Below, piece after piece: positions 1 through 9,584 of a stretch of 17,953 bases of DNA. The position numbers and the translations under genes are program-made. The DNA comes from Octopus sinensis (Eukaryota): positions 1 through 17,953 of the forward strand of contig NW_021824726.1 in the NCBI RefSeq assembly GCF_006345805.1, in the 5' to 3' direction. A model generated the notes under the pieces. The model was not told where the DNA came from. It worked only from the letters and a program-made list of their open reading frames with translations, and searched no databases. Position 1 is the stretch's first letter; each line of letters starts with the position of its first letter.

Positions 1-484
1 GAAAAACTAAGCAACGAGCATTAGAAAAACTAAGCTGGAAGCGTAGATTTCCTGGAAGAAGGATCGAATGCATACGAACACCAGGACAGCAAAAGGGACA
101 GATAAAAAAAACAAAAACAATAATGGAATACAGAAACATGAAAAATACAGAAGAATAACGGTGGTGAAAACAACAAGTGTCTTACGACTGATAACAAGCA
201 AACAAAATTTTTCTCTCTCTGGCGCATTGGAAGAAGCCTTTATAGCGGCGGACGAAAAACAACGATGTTAACACGACGAGGGTCAGGAGCTGAAAGGCAG
301 ATTTCGGCCAACAGTCACGTGACAGAGAAGAGGGAAAAGAAAAGAAAGAGAAGCAAAGGAAGAGAGAGAGAGAGGAGCGGGACAACGCAACAAAGAGAGA
401 GAAGAGAGAGAAAGAAGGAATCAGAGAGGAGAAGGGATGGGTTGTCGAAGAATGACCTGTGAGTGCAGAGCGAGACAAAGAATT

Positions 485-591
485 AGTTCCACTGCTTGGA
501 CCTTAGGCAATGCCTTTTACTATATCCGTGGGCCGATCAATATGCTTTGTGGGTTGATTCGGTAGACAGAAACAGAAAGAATACCGTCTTA
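485..591 (+). repeat. Inverted (fold-back) copy of the diverged SINE-A head fragment at 850-958
   Basis: 485-591 is the reverse complement of 850-958, apart from about three 1-nt indels and one mismatch. Both arms carry the same private deviations from the other SINE-A copies (e.g. cagaaacag..gaataccgtc). Confidence 0.9.
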
Positions 592-713
592 TATATATAT
601 ACAAATATAAATATATAATATATATATATTATATATATATATATATATACAAATATATATATATATAATCATATATATATATATATGTAATATATATATA
701 TATATATATATAA

Positions 714-748
<35 letters not shown>

Positions 749-770
749 GATTATATATATATATATTTGT

Positions 771-822
<52 letters not shown>

Positions 823-849
823 TATAATATATATTATATTGTATATATA
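592..849. repeat. Imperfect (TA)n microsatellite
   Basis: Directly visible. Confidence 0.97.
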
Positions 850-988
850 ATAAGACGGTATTCTTCTGTTTCTGTCTACCGAATCAACCCACAAAGCATA
901 TTGATCGGCCCACGGATATAGTAAAAGGCATTTGCCTAAGGTGCCAAGCAGTGGGACTCAACCCAGAACCATGTGGTTGTTGAAGCAA
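850..988 (-). mobile_element. tRNA-derived SINE family A, diverged head fragment
   Basis: Aligns by eye with the head region of the copies at 5442-5599, 9233-9397 and 14705-14840 (…aaggtgcca.gcagtgggact.aacc..gaaccatgtggtt). Confidence 0.8.
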
Positions 989-995
989 GATACAT

Positions 996-1125
996 GATGG
1001 GCTTCTTTCAGTTTCCATCTACCAAATCCACTCACAAGGCTTTGGTCAACACAAGGCTATAGCAGAAGATACTTGCCCAAGTTAGTTGCTGTGTGATCGA
1101 ACCCGGAACCATGAGCTTAGGAAGT
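996..1125 (-). mobile_element. SINE family A, second head fragment in tandem
   Basis: gggcttctttcagtttccatctaccaaatccactcacaaggctttggtc… matches the other family A copies. Confidence 0.85.
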
Positions 1126-1164
1126 ACCCCACAGCCACGAATACTCAACGTTCTTATACCCACA

Positions 1165-1420
1165 CAATACCACCACCACCACTGTCACCCCCACCCACCA
1201 TCACCAATAACTAGCAGTATACCACACTGGTATGAACACTGCCACCACGAAATCCGTCACGGCTACAATCTCAACACCACCGCCAACTATAACAACAACA
1301 ATACTACCGCAGGTTCCACTTCTTCTATACACTGTCACTACCTCCACTACACCATCACCTCACACACTACACCTAGTAGCAACTCTTACTACAGATCACG
1401 CCCCCCCACCCAGCACTCTC
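1165..1420. repeat. Degenerate (CAC/CAA/CTA)n trinucleotide low-complexity tract
   Basis: Directly visible; it explains the His/Thr-rich ORFs. Confidence 0.8.
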
Positions 1421-1509
1421 CGCTCCACCGTTATCTCTAAAAAACCAATTAGGAATGGATCACTGAAAGGTACGGAATGTGGTGTATAATTTGTAGTTTA
1501 GTTATTAGT

Positions 1510-1830
1510 ACATTACATACATACATATATACATAATTATATACATCATGCATATACGTATGTATATACACATGTATGCATTCTGAGAGTATATACTTAG
1601 TATGCATGTATATGTGTGTATGCATATGCTTATATATTATATGTATGTATATTTATCTATGCACCACACACATTCACAGAGGACTCACATACACACACCT
1701 ATTTCTATGCTACTATTTACGTACACACATGAAAACAAACACTTCTATATATGTACATTTAATCAACAAGAATATTTGATACATATATATACATGCATGC
1801 ATACATACATAAATACATAGATATCTATAT
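1510..1830. repeat. Degenerate (CATA)n/(TG)n/(TA)n low-complexity tract
   Basis: Directly visible. Confidence 0.8.
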
Positions 1831-2496
1831 CTTTGGCATTCAAAGTTACTCCAACCGCAAAACGGGGCGCCGCTGCGTGGTGCCAAGGATTCCAACACAC
1901 ACCATCAAAATACAGGTCCAGATACTGCAACAGCTTGGGTTCAGAGGACCACAGCTCTTTAACATCCTCCCTAAATGCCTGAGAGGACTTACATGGTGTG
2001 GATGTGGGTTCTTTAAAACTAAAACTGGATCTCTTCTGTTGGGAGTCCCAGATGAACCTACCTCACGACAGGAGACACGGATGCGGGCAGCAGCATCGAA
2101 CTCCCTTGTTGATCAAGTGCCACGTATCAGAGGTGGATTCACAAAAATGGTGCCAAGGATTCCAACATCACCATCAAAATACAGGTCCAGATACTGCAAC
2201 AGCTTGGGTTTCAGAGGACACAGCTCTTTTTAACATCCTCCCTAAATGCCTGAGAGACTTACATGGTGTGGGATGTGGGTTTCTTTAAAACTAAACTGGA
2301 TCTCTTCTTGTTGGGAGTCCAGATGAACCTACCTCACGACAGGAGACACGGATGCGGGCAGCAGCATCGAACTCCTTGTTGATCAAGTGCCACGTATCAG
2401 AGGTGGATTCACAAACTAGGTTAGCTCATTCAGCGGTGGTGCCCCAGCATGGCCGCGGCCTTCGGGATAAAACATTTTTAAGGATTTAAGGATTTA
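1831..2496 (+). mobile_element. 5'-truncated non-LTR retrotransposon (CR1/L2-group LINE): ORF2 C-terminus, 3' UTR and (TAAGGATT)n tail, with internal tandem duplication
   Basis: Frameshift-corrected translation reads FGIQSYSNRKTGRRCVVPRIP…RYCNSLGFRGPQLFNILPKCLRDLHGVDVGFFKTKLDLFLLGVPDEP…VPRIRGGFTN* (TAG 2417-2419). The FNxLP..LR…FK..LD.FL..VPD.P pattern is typical of CR1/L2-like ORF2 ends. A short 3' UTR and a taaggatt-taaggatt-ta tail follow. Clade assignment is from recall. Confidence 0.8.
1878..2415 (+). repeat. Tandem duplication of ~268 bp (1878-2145 and 2148-2415)
   Basis: Both copies start tggtgccaaggattccaaca and end aggtggattcacaaa; the differences are almost all 1-nt indels. Confidence 0.95.
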
Positions 2497-2626
2497 TATA
2501 CATATATACATGCCTACTACACACATATAAACATACGTATAACATGTACAACACATATATATATGAAATAAATAATATATGTATATGTGTATATATATAC
2601 ACCTATATATATATTATATTATATAT

Positions 2627-2810
2627 TGATTCGTTAGTTACTGCACGCATTTTTTTTTCTCTCTTCTTTCTGTGTTTTTTTTCTCTCTGTGTATCTTTCT
2701 GTTGAAGAGCGTTAAAGACTTGTTTTATTTATATTTCCTGAGCGCCATACTAAACAATTGTTGTGTTTTCCACCTGCCTTCGTCTTTTGTCTTTTCATAA
2801 AGTTCCGGTA
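2627..2810 (+). mobile_element. Short hammerhead-bearing dispersed element (family H1), copy with a broken ribozyme
   Basis: Polypyrimidine, then tttctgttgaagagc|gttaaag, then tttcctgagcg and a pyrimidine-rich tail. Same layout as 3753-3952 (-) and 9585-9775 (+), but helix II 3' arm and GAAA are deleted. Confidence 0.55.
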
Positions 2811-2905
2811 ATATTATATATATTATCTATATATATATATATATATATATATATAGATATATATGATAATATATATGTAGATATATATATGATTATAATA
2901 TATAT

Positions 2906-2979
<74 letters not shown>

Positions 2980-3019
2980 TATATTATAGATATATGTATA
3001 TATTATGTATATTATATGT

Positions 3020-3059
<40 letters not shown>

Positions 3060-3108
3060 ATATATTATATATATATATTATATATATTATATTATATATA
3101 TGTATATA
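2811..3108. repeat. Imperfect (TA)n microsatellite
   Basis: Directly visible; source of the IY-repeat ORFs. Confidence 0.97.
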
Positions 3109-3752
3109 TGGGTACATGTAAACAACACTGAAATACGAAAACAAATGAGTTAAATACACAAAAAACGTGAGAAAAAATGGAAAACAGGACAAGTAACTCA
3201 AAGAACAACCCTTCATCGGCTGTCGGCTGTCCATCTACTCCTTTCGAGCTTTCAATGACAATATGAGTCTTCGAAGACAGTTGCTCCCATAAATACCAAA
3301 GTTAAATTTTGGATTTATGGAGGGTCAAAGTTGGGAACAAAAAATAATGAGTGGAGACATACAAGGAGACTGAACGAAAGCAAACACGGAGGGTCGTTAG
3401 ACCAGAACGAAAGGAAAATAGCGAATGCTGGGAGAAATATATTCTTTGAAAACAGAAAAGATAGAGAAGAGAGTTAGAAGAAGTCCAGTCCTTTGGACGT
3501 TCTGGAGGAAAACAAAGACGGTCGCGTGAGGAAAATAAAGTTGGACGATGGTCACGTGTGAGCAGAAAAAAAGAAAGAGGGGAGAGAGAGAAGCTAGGAA
3601 ACGGTGAAGGGGAGAAAAAGGGAATTAGAAAATGAGGTGGGGGAGAAAACAGCATAGAGTCGCATCAAAAAGGTTAAGGAAAACTTGCTTGGAAATGGAT
3701 GCGTGACACCACGCATGAATTTCCGTGTGTATATACATATATATATATAAAG

Positions 3753-3952
3753 TTAATCCAAACATGAAAACACAAAGAGAAAACACAAGAACGCGAGGAC
3801 GTGGAACAAATATAGTATTATTGGACGCTCAGGAAAGAAGGAGGGTTTGACGTTTCGAGCGGAGCTCTTCGTCGGAAACATAGGAAAAGGAAAGATCCAG
3901 AGAAGGGAAGACAGGAAAAAAAATCGCCAACGGTACACACGCGGTCACATTT
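3753..3952 (-). mobile_element. Short hammerhead-bearing dispersed element (family H1)
   Basis: Shares the HHR and the downstream tttcctgagcgt motif with 2627-2810 and 9585-9775; (TA)n on both sides. Confidence 0.6.
3845..3879 (-). ncRNA. Minimal type I hammerhead ribozyme motif (core variant CCGACGA)
   Basis: Minus strand: GTTT-CCGACGA-A-GAGC tcc GCTC-GAAA-CG-TC-AAAC. Helix I GUUU/AAAC, helix II 4 bp, palindromic ACGU helix III, GUC cleavage triplet. Confidence 0.7.
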
Positions 3953-4126
3953 TGTATATATATATATATATATATATATATTTTTATATATATATATATA
4001 CACCAGAGTAACCATATAAACGTGAAACAAGGTAGGAAAAAAGTACTCGAATACGGGAGGTAGAGTAATATACTTTATTATTAAACCTGCAAAACACCAC
4101 AAAAAACTGCTACTTAGTGTTTGTTA

Positions 4127-4195
4127 TGTCCTCGGCGGAATTTGAACTCAGAACGTACGCTAAGCATTTCGCTCGGCGTGCTAACGATTCTTATT
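4127..4195 (-). mobile_element. SINE family B, partial internally deleted head
   Basis: cctcggcggaatttgaactcagaacgta…ctaagcatttcgc.cggcgtgcta.cgattct repeats 4326-4402 with a deletion. Confidence 0.85.
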
Positions 4196-4414
4196 TCTTT
4201 ACACAAGGGGCTACACACATAAGGGACAAACGAGGACAGACAAACGGATTAAGTCGATTATATCGACCCCAGTGCGTAACTGGTACTTAATTTATCGACC
4301 CCGAAAGGATGAAAGGCAAAGTCGACCTCGGCGGAATTTGAACTCAGAACGTAACGACAGACGAAATACTGCTAAGCATTTCGCGCGGCGTGCTATCGAT
4401 TCTGCCAGCTCGGC
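4196..4414 (-). mobile_element. tRNA-derived SINE family B
   Basis: Minus strand starts gagctggcagaatcg.tagcac, has a B-box-like gagttcaaattcc (4333-4345), a central gcctttcatcctttcggggtcgataaattaagtacc block and an A-rich tail. Confidence 0.85.
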
Positions 4415-4420
4415 TCCGTC

Positions 4421-4498
4421 GTCTAGCAATTTCTCAGCTTGTTCCAACAAAGCACCAGCCAATACAACAACACCAGTTGTTCCATCACCAATCTCATC
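4421..4498 (-). pseudogene. CCT5: 78-nt fragment of chaperonin CCT subunit epsilon (TCP-1 epsilon) coding sequence
   Basis: Translates [26 protein letters not shown]: the chaperonin GDGTT ATP-binding motif in the CCT5-specific [11 protein letters not shown] context. Human CCT5, from memory, reads [26 protein letters not shown] (24/26). No usable splice donor or polypyrimidine acceptor at the ends. Confidence 0.88.
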
Positions 4499-4573
4499 CT
4501 CGTCGCCTTTGTTATGTCGCACGTTCGGTTGCCTTCGACTCAACTCTCACCGCTACTCTGCTCTGTTCTGGAT

Positions 4574-4937
4574 GCACTCCGTCGGTTACGACGACGAGGG
4601 TTCCGGTTGATCCGAATCAACGGAACAGCCTGCTCGTGAAATTAACGTGTAAATGGCTGAGCACTCCACAGACACGTGCACCCTTAACGTAGTTCTCGGG
4701 GATGTTCAGCGTGACACAGAGAGTGACAAGGCCGGCCCCTTGAAACAGGAATAAGAGTGAGAGAAAGTTGTGTGAAAAGAGTACAGCAGGGATCCACCAC
4801 CATCCCTGCCGGAGCCTCGTGAGGAGCTTTAGGTGTTTTCGCTCAATAAACACTCACAACGCCCGGTCTGGGAATCAAAACCGCGATCCTACGACCGCGA
4901 GTCCGCTGCCCTAACCACTGGGCCATTGCGCCTCCAC
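4574..4937 (-). mobile_element. tRNA-derived SINE family C, apparently full length
   Basis: Minus strand: A-box tggcccagtgg (4915-4925), B-box-like ggttttgattcc (4871-4882), tRNA-like head gtggaggcgcaatggcccagtggttagggcagcggactcgcggtc, body ending ccctcgtcgtcgtaaccgacggagtgc. Confidence 0.85.
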
Positions 4938-5089
4938 AATGCTCTGTTCTAGTCTACTACTCAACTGTACTCTTGACGTCTAGGCTTCTCTCTCTATGTC
5001 TACGTATTAGGCTAGCCTACTTAGTCGTCTGGGGGCTTCCACACAACACTGGTTTACATTCCGCTCGTTGCGTCCGTTCTGAATCACAA

Positions 5090-5127
5090 CTGTTCGACGA
5101 ACGGGAACGGGAAACTCGGAGTAGCAG
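5090..5127 (+). ncRNA. Degenerate hammerhead-like motif (family H2)
   Basis: CTGT-TCGACGA-ACG ggaa CGG-GAAA-CTC g GAG-TA-GCAG. Hammerhead topology is present but the core has U3/C4 changes and the 10.1-11.1 pair is mismatched. Confidence 0.4.
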
Positions 5128-5166
5128 GTTTTTTGCTGTGTTTTTGTAGCTTTAAAAATAAACTGC

Positions 5167-5599
5167 TTTCTTTTACATGTTTTAGTCATTTCGACTGCGG
5201 TCATTCCCAGGACTTATTCTTTGTAAGCCTAGTACTTATTCTACAGGTCTCTTTTGCAGAACCGCTGGGTTTCGGGGATATTATAAACACACCAACATCG
5301 GTTGTCAACCGATGGTGGATGGACAAAATCACACAAATTTATACACACACACACACACACACACCACACACACACAAAAACACACATATATGTATAGATT
5401 TATATATATATATATATCTATATATATATATATATATATACGACGGCTTCTTTCAGTTCCGTCTACCAAAATCCACTCACAAGGCTTTGGTCGACCCGAG
5501 GCTATAGTAGAAGACATTTGTCCAAGGTGCCACGCAATGGGACTGAACCCGGAACCATGTTGTTGTGAAGTAAGCCTCTTACCACAGAGCCACTCCTGA
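5167..5599 (-). mobile_element. SINE family A, near full length with internal (CA)n/(TA)n and a deletion near the tail
   Basis: tRNA-like head 5442-5599 with B-box-like ggttcagtccc, microsatellite 5340-5441, body and tail 5167-5335. Confidence 0.9.
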
Positions 5600-5605
5600 C
5601 TGTAT

Positions 5606-5608
<3 letters not shown>

Positions 5609-5644
<36 letters not shown>
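5609..5644. repeat. (CA)n microsatellite
   Basis: Directly visible. Confidence 0.97.
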
Positions 5645-5645
<1 letters not shown>

Positions 5646-5789
5646 TGTTACGAAGGAGAGTATGGAATGTATAAAGTCAGTCATCTGCAGCATATCGTAC
5701 AATATTCTGAGAAATATGATTTTTAAAATGTCACTACTCGAAATATTGTTGTACAAAAGAAAATCAATTATGGATCTATAAGTAATTCT

Positions 5790-6023
5790 GTATGTGCGTG
5801 TGTGTGTGTGTGAGCTATAGTTTGTGTATTTGTGTGTGTGTGTGCATGGGTATGAGTGCATATATGTGTGTGTATGTGTGGTATGTGTGTACGTGAGAGT
5901 GTATGTTTGTGAGATTGTGTATGTGAGTGAGCTAGTATATGTATGAGTGAGTGACTGTGTGTGTATGAGTTTGTGAGTGCATATATGTAAAAGTGTGTGC
6001 GTGCGTGCGTGTGTGCGTGTTTC

Positions 6024-6054
<31 letters not shown>

Positions 6055-6056
6055 AT
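5790..6056. repeat. Degenerate (TG)n tract
   Basis: Directly visible. Confidence 0.9.
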
Positions 6057-6139
6057 GAGACTTAATAAAATTTGTACCGGGCATCGTTTACGTTTTGGAA
6101 AGGCATACATGTATAATTATAACGGTCCGTTGTAATCCA

Positions 6140-7165
6140 CCCAGCCCGCCTTCCACCTCACTACCACATTCCCTCTAGCAGCCCTACCACCACCACCACC
6201 ACCTCATCATCATCGTCGACGCCACCACCACCACCGTCGCCCCCCGCACTGCAATCGTAACCATAACCATAACAACCAACGCAAACACTCCATACTCCTT
6301 GACACCCCATCACCGTAAGGACCACGCCCACTAACTACAACTACGAAGTCCCCGCCGCCGCCGCCGCCGCCTCTTCCGCCACCATCGCCGCCATCACTCC
6401 ATCGAATATCACTGCTACTACCACTGGAACTATAACCATAACAACTAACACCTACGCTGTCTACATCTTAACCCCCCGCCCCGTGTCAGGAACGACCACG
6501 CCCACCACCATCAATAACAGCTTCTTCACCACCACCACCACCACCCCACAACTTCTCCTCCACCACCACCACCACCCCACAACTTCTCCTCCACCACCAC
6601 AACTTTCTCCACCACTAAGACCACCGTGACCATCACTATCACCACCACCACTACAACAGCTAACTCCACCATCCTCACTGGCACCTCCACTACCATAACC
6701 ATCACAACCACCACCACCACCATCATCATACCATCACATATACAAACACCATGACCACTACCGTCACATCCACCACTACAACCATCACCACCATCACACC
6801 TACCACTATCGTCCCTACCACCACCACTTTCACTACCACCGCCAATACCACCATCGCCACCCAACCACCCCATCACCACCATCGTCATCATCAATGCTAC
6901 CACCATACCACCACCACCTTATCACCACTACAACACCCTCACCACGACCAGTACTAATACAACTAGCACACACCACCAGCCCTATCACCGCTGCCTTCAC
7001 CATCACCACTACCACCATACCACCATCACCACCACCATCACTACTACCACCACCATCACTATCACCACTTCTACGACCCTATCACCACTACAACACCATC
7101 ACCACGACAACTACTACTACAACCACCACCACCACCACCAGCCCTATCACCGCCACCTTCACCAC
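6140..7165. repeat. Degenerate (ACC/ACT/ATC)n trinucleotide field
   Basis: Directly visible; includes a ~30-bp unit (accaccaccaccaccccacaacttctcctcc) repeated around 6530-6610. Confidence 0.9.
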
Positions 7166-7387
7166 ATTAAGAAAATGAAAGTTTAAGGTAAAGTAAAAAG
7201 AAAATAATAAAATAAGAAATAATGAAGAAAATTAACGATGAAATTAATTGAATCATGGGGCATTCTCTACCCTGGCGTTGAATCGAACCCGCGAGCGAAA
7301 TTTTCTAACGGATATCCGGAATGGCATGAAATGTAATGAGTTTTAATAACGGCTACGAAATATGTAATTGTTACTTGGGTTAGCCGG

Positions 7388-7690
7388 GTGGGAGTGGTGG
7401 TGGTAGTGGTGGTGGTGGCGGTAGTAGTGGTATTGGTAGTAGTAGCGGTGGTAGTAGTGGTGACGGTGGTGGTGGTAGTAGTAGTAGTGGTGGTTGTGTT
7501 ATTGGTAGTAGTAGTAGTAGTAGTGGTGGTAGTGGTGGTGGTTGTGATAGTAGTGGTACTGGTAGAAGTAGCGGTGGTAGTGGTGGTGGTGGTAGTTGTG
7601 ATAGTAGTGGTACTGGTAGTAGTAGCGGTGGTGGTGGTGGCGGTGGTGGTGGTGGCGGTGGTGGTGATGATAGTAGTAGTAGTGGTAGTG

Positions 7691-7725
<35 letters not shown>

Positions 7726-8102
7726 TGTGATAGTAGTGGTACTGATAGTAGTAGCGGTGGTAGTGGTGGTGGTGATGATAGTAATAGCAGTTGTGGTAGT
7801 AGTAGTGGTTGTGATAGCTGTGGTACAGGTAGTAGTAGCCGTGGTAGTGGTGGTGGCGGTGATGAGTTGTAGTAGTTGTTGCTGTTGTTGTAGCAGCAGT
7901 ACTAATAGTAGTAGTAGTAGTAGAAGTAGTAGTAGTAGTAGTAGTAGTTGTAGTAGTAGTAGTAGTAGGAGGAGGAGGAGGAGAAGGAGGAGCAGTAGCT
8001 GTTGTAGTTGTGTTTGTATAGGTCATAGTAGGTTGCGGTGGAGCTCTAGTGGTGACGGTGGCGTTGTGATGTTGTTATAGTGATGTTGACGGTGGTGGTG
8101 TT
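7388..8102. repeat. Degenerate (GGT/AGT)n trinucleotide field with a ~50-bp higher-order unit
   Basis: gttgtgatagtagtggtactggtag.agtagcggtgg recurs at 7541, 7595 and 7724. Confidence 0.9.
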
Positions 8103-8787
8103 GTGCTATTTATAACGTTTGTTTTAGTTGCAATGAGCTTCTCTACTTTCACGACAAACATTTGAGGGAGATTTTGGTTGCTATTACGAGCAATTCGGAA
8201 GACCACATAGAGATCCTTCTGTTAACTCAAATAATATTGCAATAATTTACTTAAAATAACCATTTCCATGAAGGGGACATTCCCTTCATATACTTCCTCC
8301 TCCTCCTCCCCTCCTCCTCAACCTCCTGAACGCATTTCAAGGCCATATCCCACGTAAAGCTGCATGGAGTAGTTGTAGGGGTGTTAGGCTCAAAATAATG
8401 AGTTTGAGGTTTCGGTTCTTCGAACAGGAGGGTGGCACATCGTACAGTTAAGCAAAACATGTTTTATGTTGGTCATGATATGAGACGTTCGGGCGCCGCC
8501 CTTTTGGCGCCGTTGTTTTAACATTGACTTATCTGACGTCTTTGTGATATCCTCATTTTAATGTCTTCCTCTCTCCCTCTTTCTCTCTCTCTCTCTCCCT
8601 CTCTCTTCTATCTATCTCTCTTTTTCTCTATGCATGTGAACATCATTTTATTTATGTCTGAGGGAAGAAGGAAAATCTTAATAGCGATCATTTTATAAAT
8701 TCTAATCTTCCCTTCTCATCACTTTTTCTGCTTCTCTCTCCCCCTCTCTCTCCTCTCTCTCTTCTCTCTCTCTCTCTCTTTATATAT

Positions 8788-8970
8788 CTCTTTTACTCTT
8801 TTACTTGTTTCAGTCATTTGACTGCGGCCATGCTGGAGCACCGCCTTTAGTCGAGCAAATCGACCCCGGGACTTATTCTTTGTAAGCCCAGTACTTATTC
8901 TATCGGTCTCTTTTGCCGAACCGCTAAGTGACGGGGACGTAAACACACCAGCATCAGTTGTCAAGCAATG
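8788..8970 (-). mobile_element. SINE family A, 3' half
   Basis: cttttactcttttacttgtttcagtcatttgactgcggccatgctggagcaccgcc…accagcatcagttgtcaagc. Confidence 0.9.
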
Positions 8971-8992
8971 CTATACATATATATATATATAC

Positions 8993-9397
8993 TTTCTTTT
9001 ATTCTTTTACTTGTTTCAGTCATTCTAACTGCGACCATACTGGAGCACCGCCTTTGGTCGAACAAATCGACCCCAGGATTTATTCTTTGTAAGCCTAGCA
9101 CTTATGCACTTATTCTATCGGTGCCGAACCGCTAAGTTACGGGGACATAAACACGCCAGCATCGGCTGACAATCGATGGTGGGGGCTACAAACACAGACA
9201 CACAGATACGCACATATATATATATGCAGATATGACGGGCTTCTTTCAGTTTCCATCTACCAAATCCATTGAGAAGGCTTTGATCGGCCCGATACTATAG
9301 TAGAAGACACTTGCTCAAGGTGCCACGGATTGGGACTGAAGCCGGAACCATCTGGTTGAGAAAGAAGCTTTCTACTAACCACAGCCACTCCTGCGCC
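8993..9397 (-). mobile_element. SINE family A, full length
   Basis: Head ends at cctgcgcc (9397), short internal (CA/TA) tract at ~9190-9232, body and (TAAAAGA)-like tail. Confidence 0.92.
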
Positions 9398-9413
9398 TAT
9401 ATATATGTATATA

Positions 9414-9467
<54 letters not shown>

Positions 9468-9479
9468 ATATATAATATT

Positions 9480-9517
<38 letters not shown>

Positions 9518-9580
9518 AACGAACACAACACACACACACAACAATCTCTCTCACACACACACACATATATATATATTTGT
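9398..9580. repeat. (TA)n plus (CA)n microsatellites
   Basis: Directly visible. Confidence 0.95.
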
Positions 9581-9584
9581 ATGT

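Noticed and set aside
1-460. Purine-rich stretch loosely similar to 3111-3720 (gtcacgtg followed by GA-rich runs), suspected dispersed repeat
   Set aside because: The similarity is too weak to align by eye; it needs a repeat-library search.
2763-3153. Ile-Tyr and Cys-Val repeat ORFs, also at 5133-6110, 11700-12346, 14771-15263 and 17699-17890
   Set aside because: Translations of (TA)n/(TG)n tracts and SINE sequence.
2627-3952. Family H1 copies at 2627-2810 (+) and 3753-3952 (-) as inverted termini of one element
   Set aside because: They are too divergent outside the core motifs compared with the true inverted ends at 10163/10963 and 12369/14479; independent insertions are more likely.
4010-4110. 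cgtgaaacaaggta segment as a truncated hammerhead-type repeat end
   Set aside because: No core box and no second copy in the window to support it.
4292-4543. 83-aa ORF as a real chimeric protein
   Set aside because: Only 26 residues are CCT5-like; the rest is SINE and unassigned sequence, with no expression evidence.
7270-7300. B-box-like ggttcgattc on the minus strand, suggesting a tRNA gene or SINE head
   Set aside because: No A-box at proper spacing and no cloverleaf.
7388-8080. 230-aa poly-Val ORF and the similar Thr/Val/His-rich ORFs at 6526-7178, 7499-8026 and 15280-16065
   Set aside because: They are translations of trinucleotide microsatellites that lack stops by composition; no domain, no splice evidence.
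8251-8460. 69-aa minus-strand ORF or a small internal exon
   Set aside because: No recognisable homology, partly built from a (GAG)n run, and weak splice signals.
8490-8512. gggcgccgcccttttggcgccg as an E2F site or transposon subterminal motif
   Set aside because: Isolated short motif with no promoter context or matching terminus.
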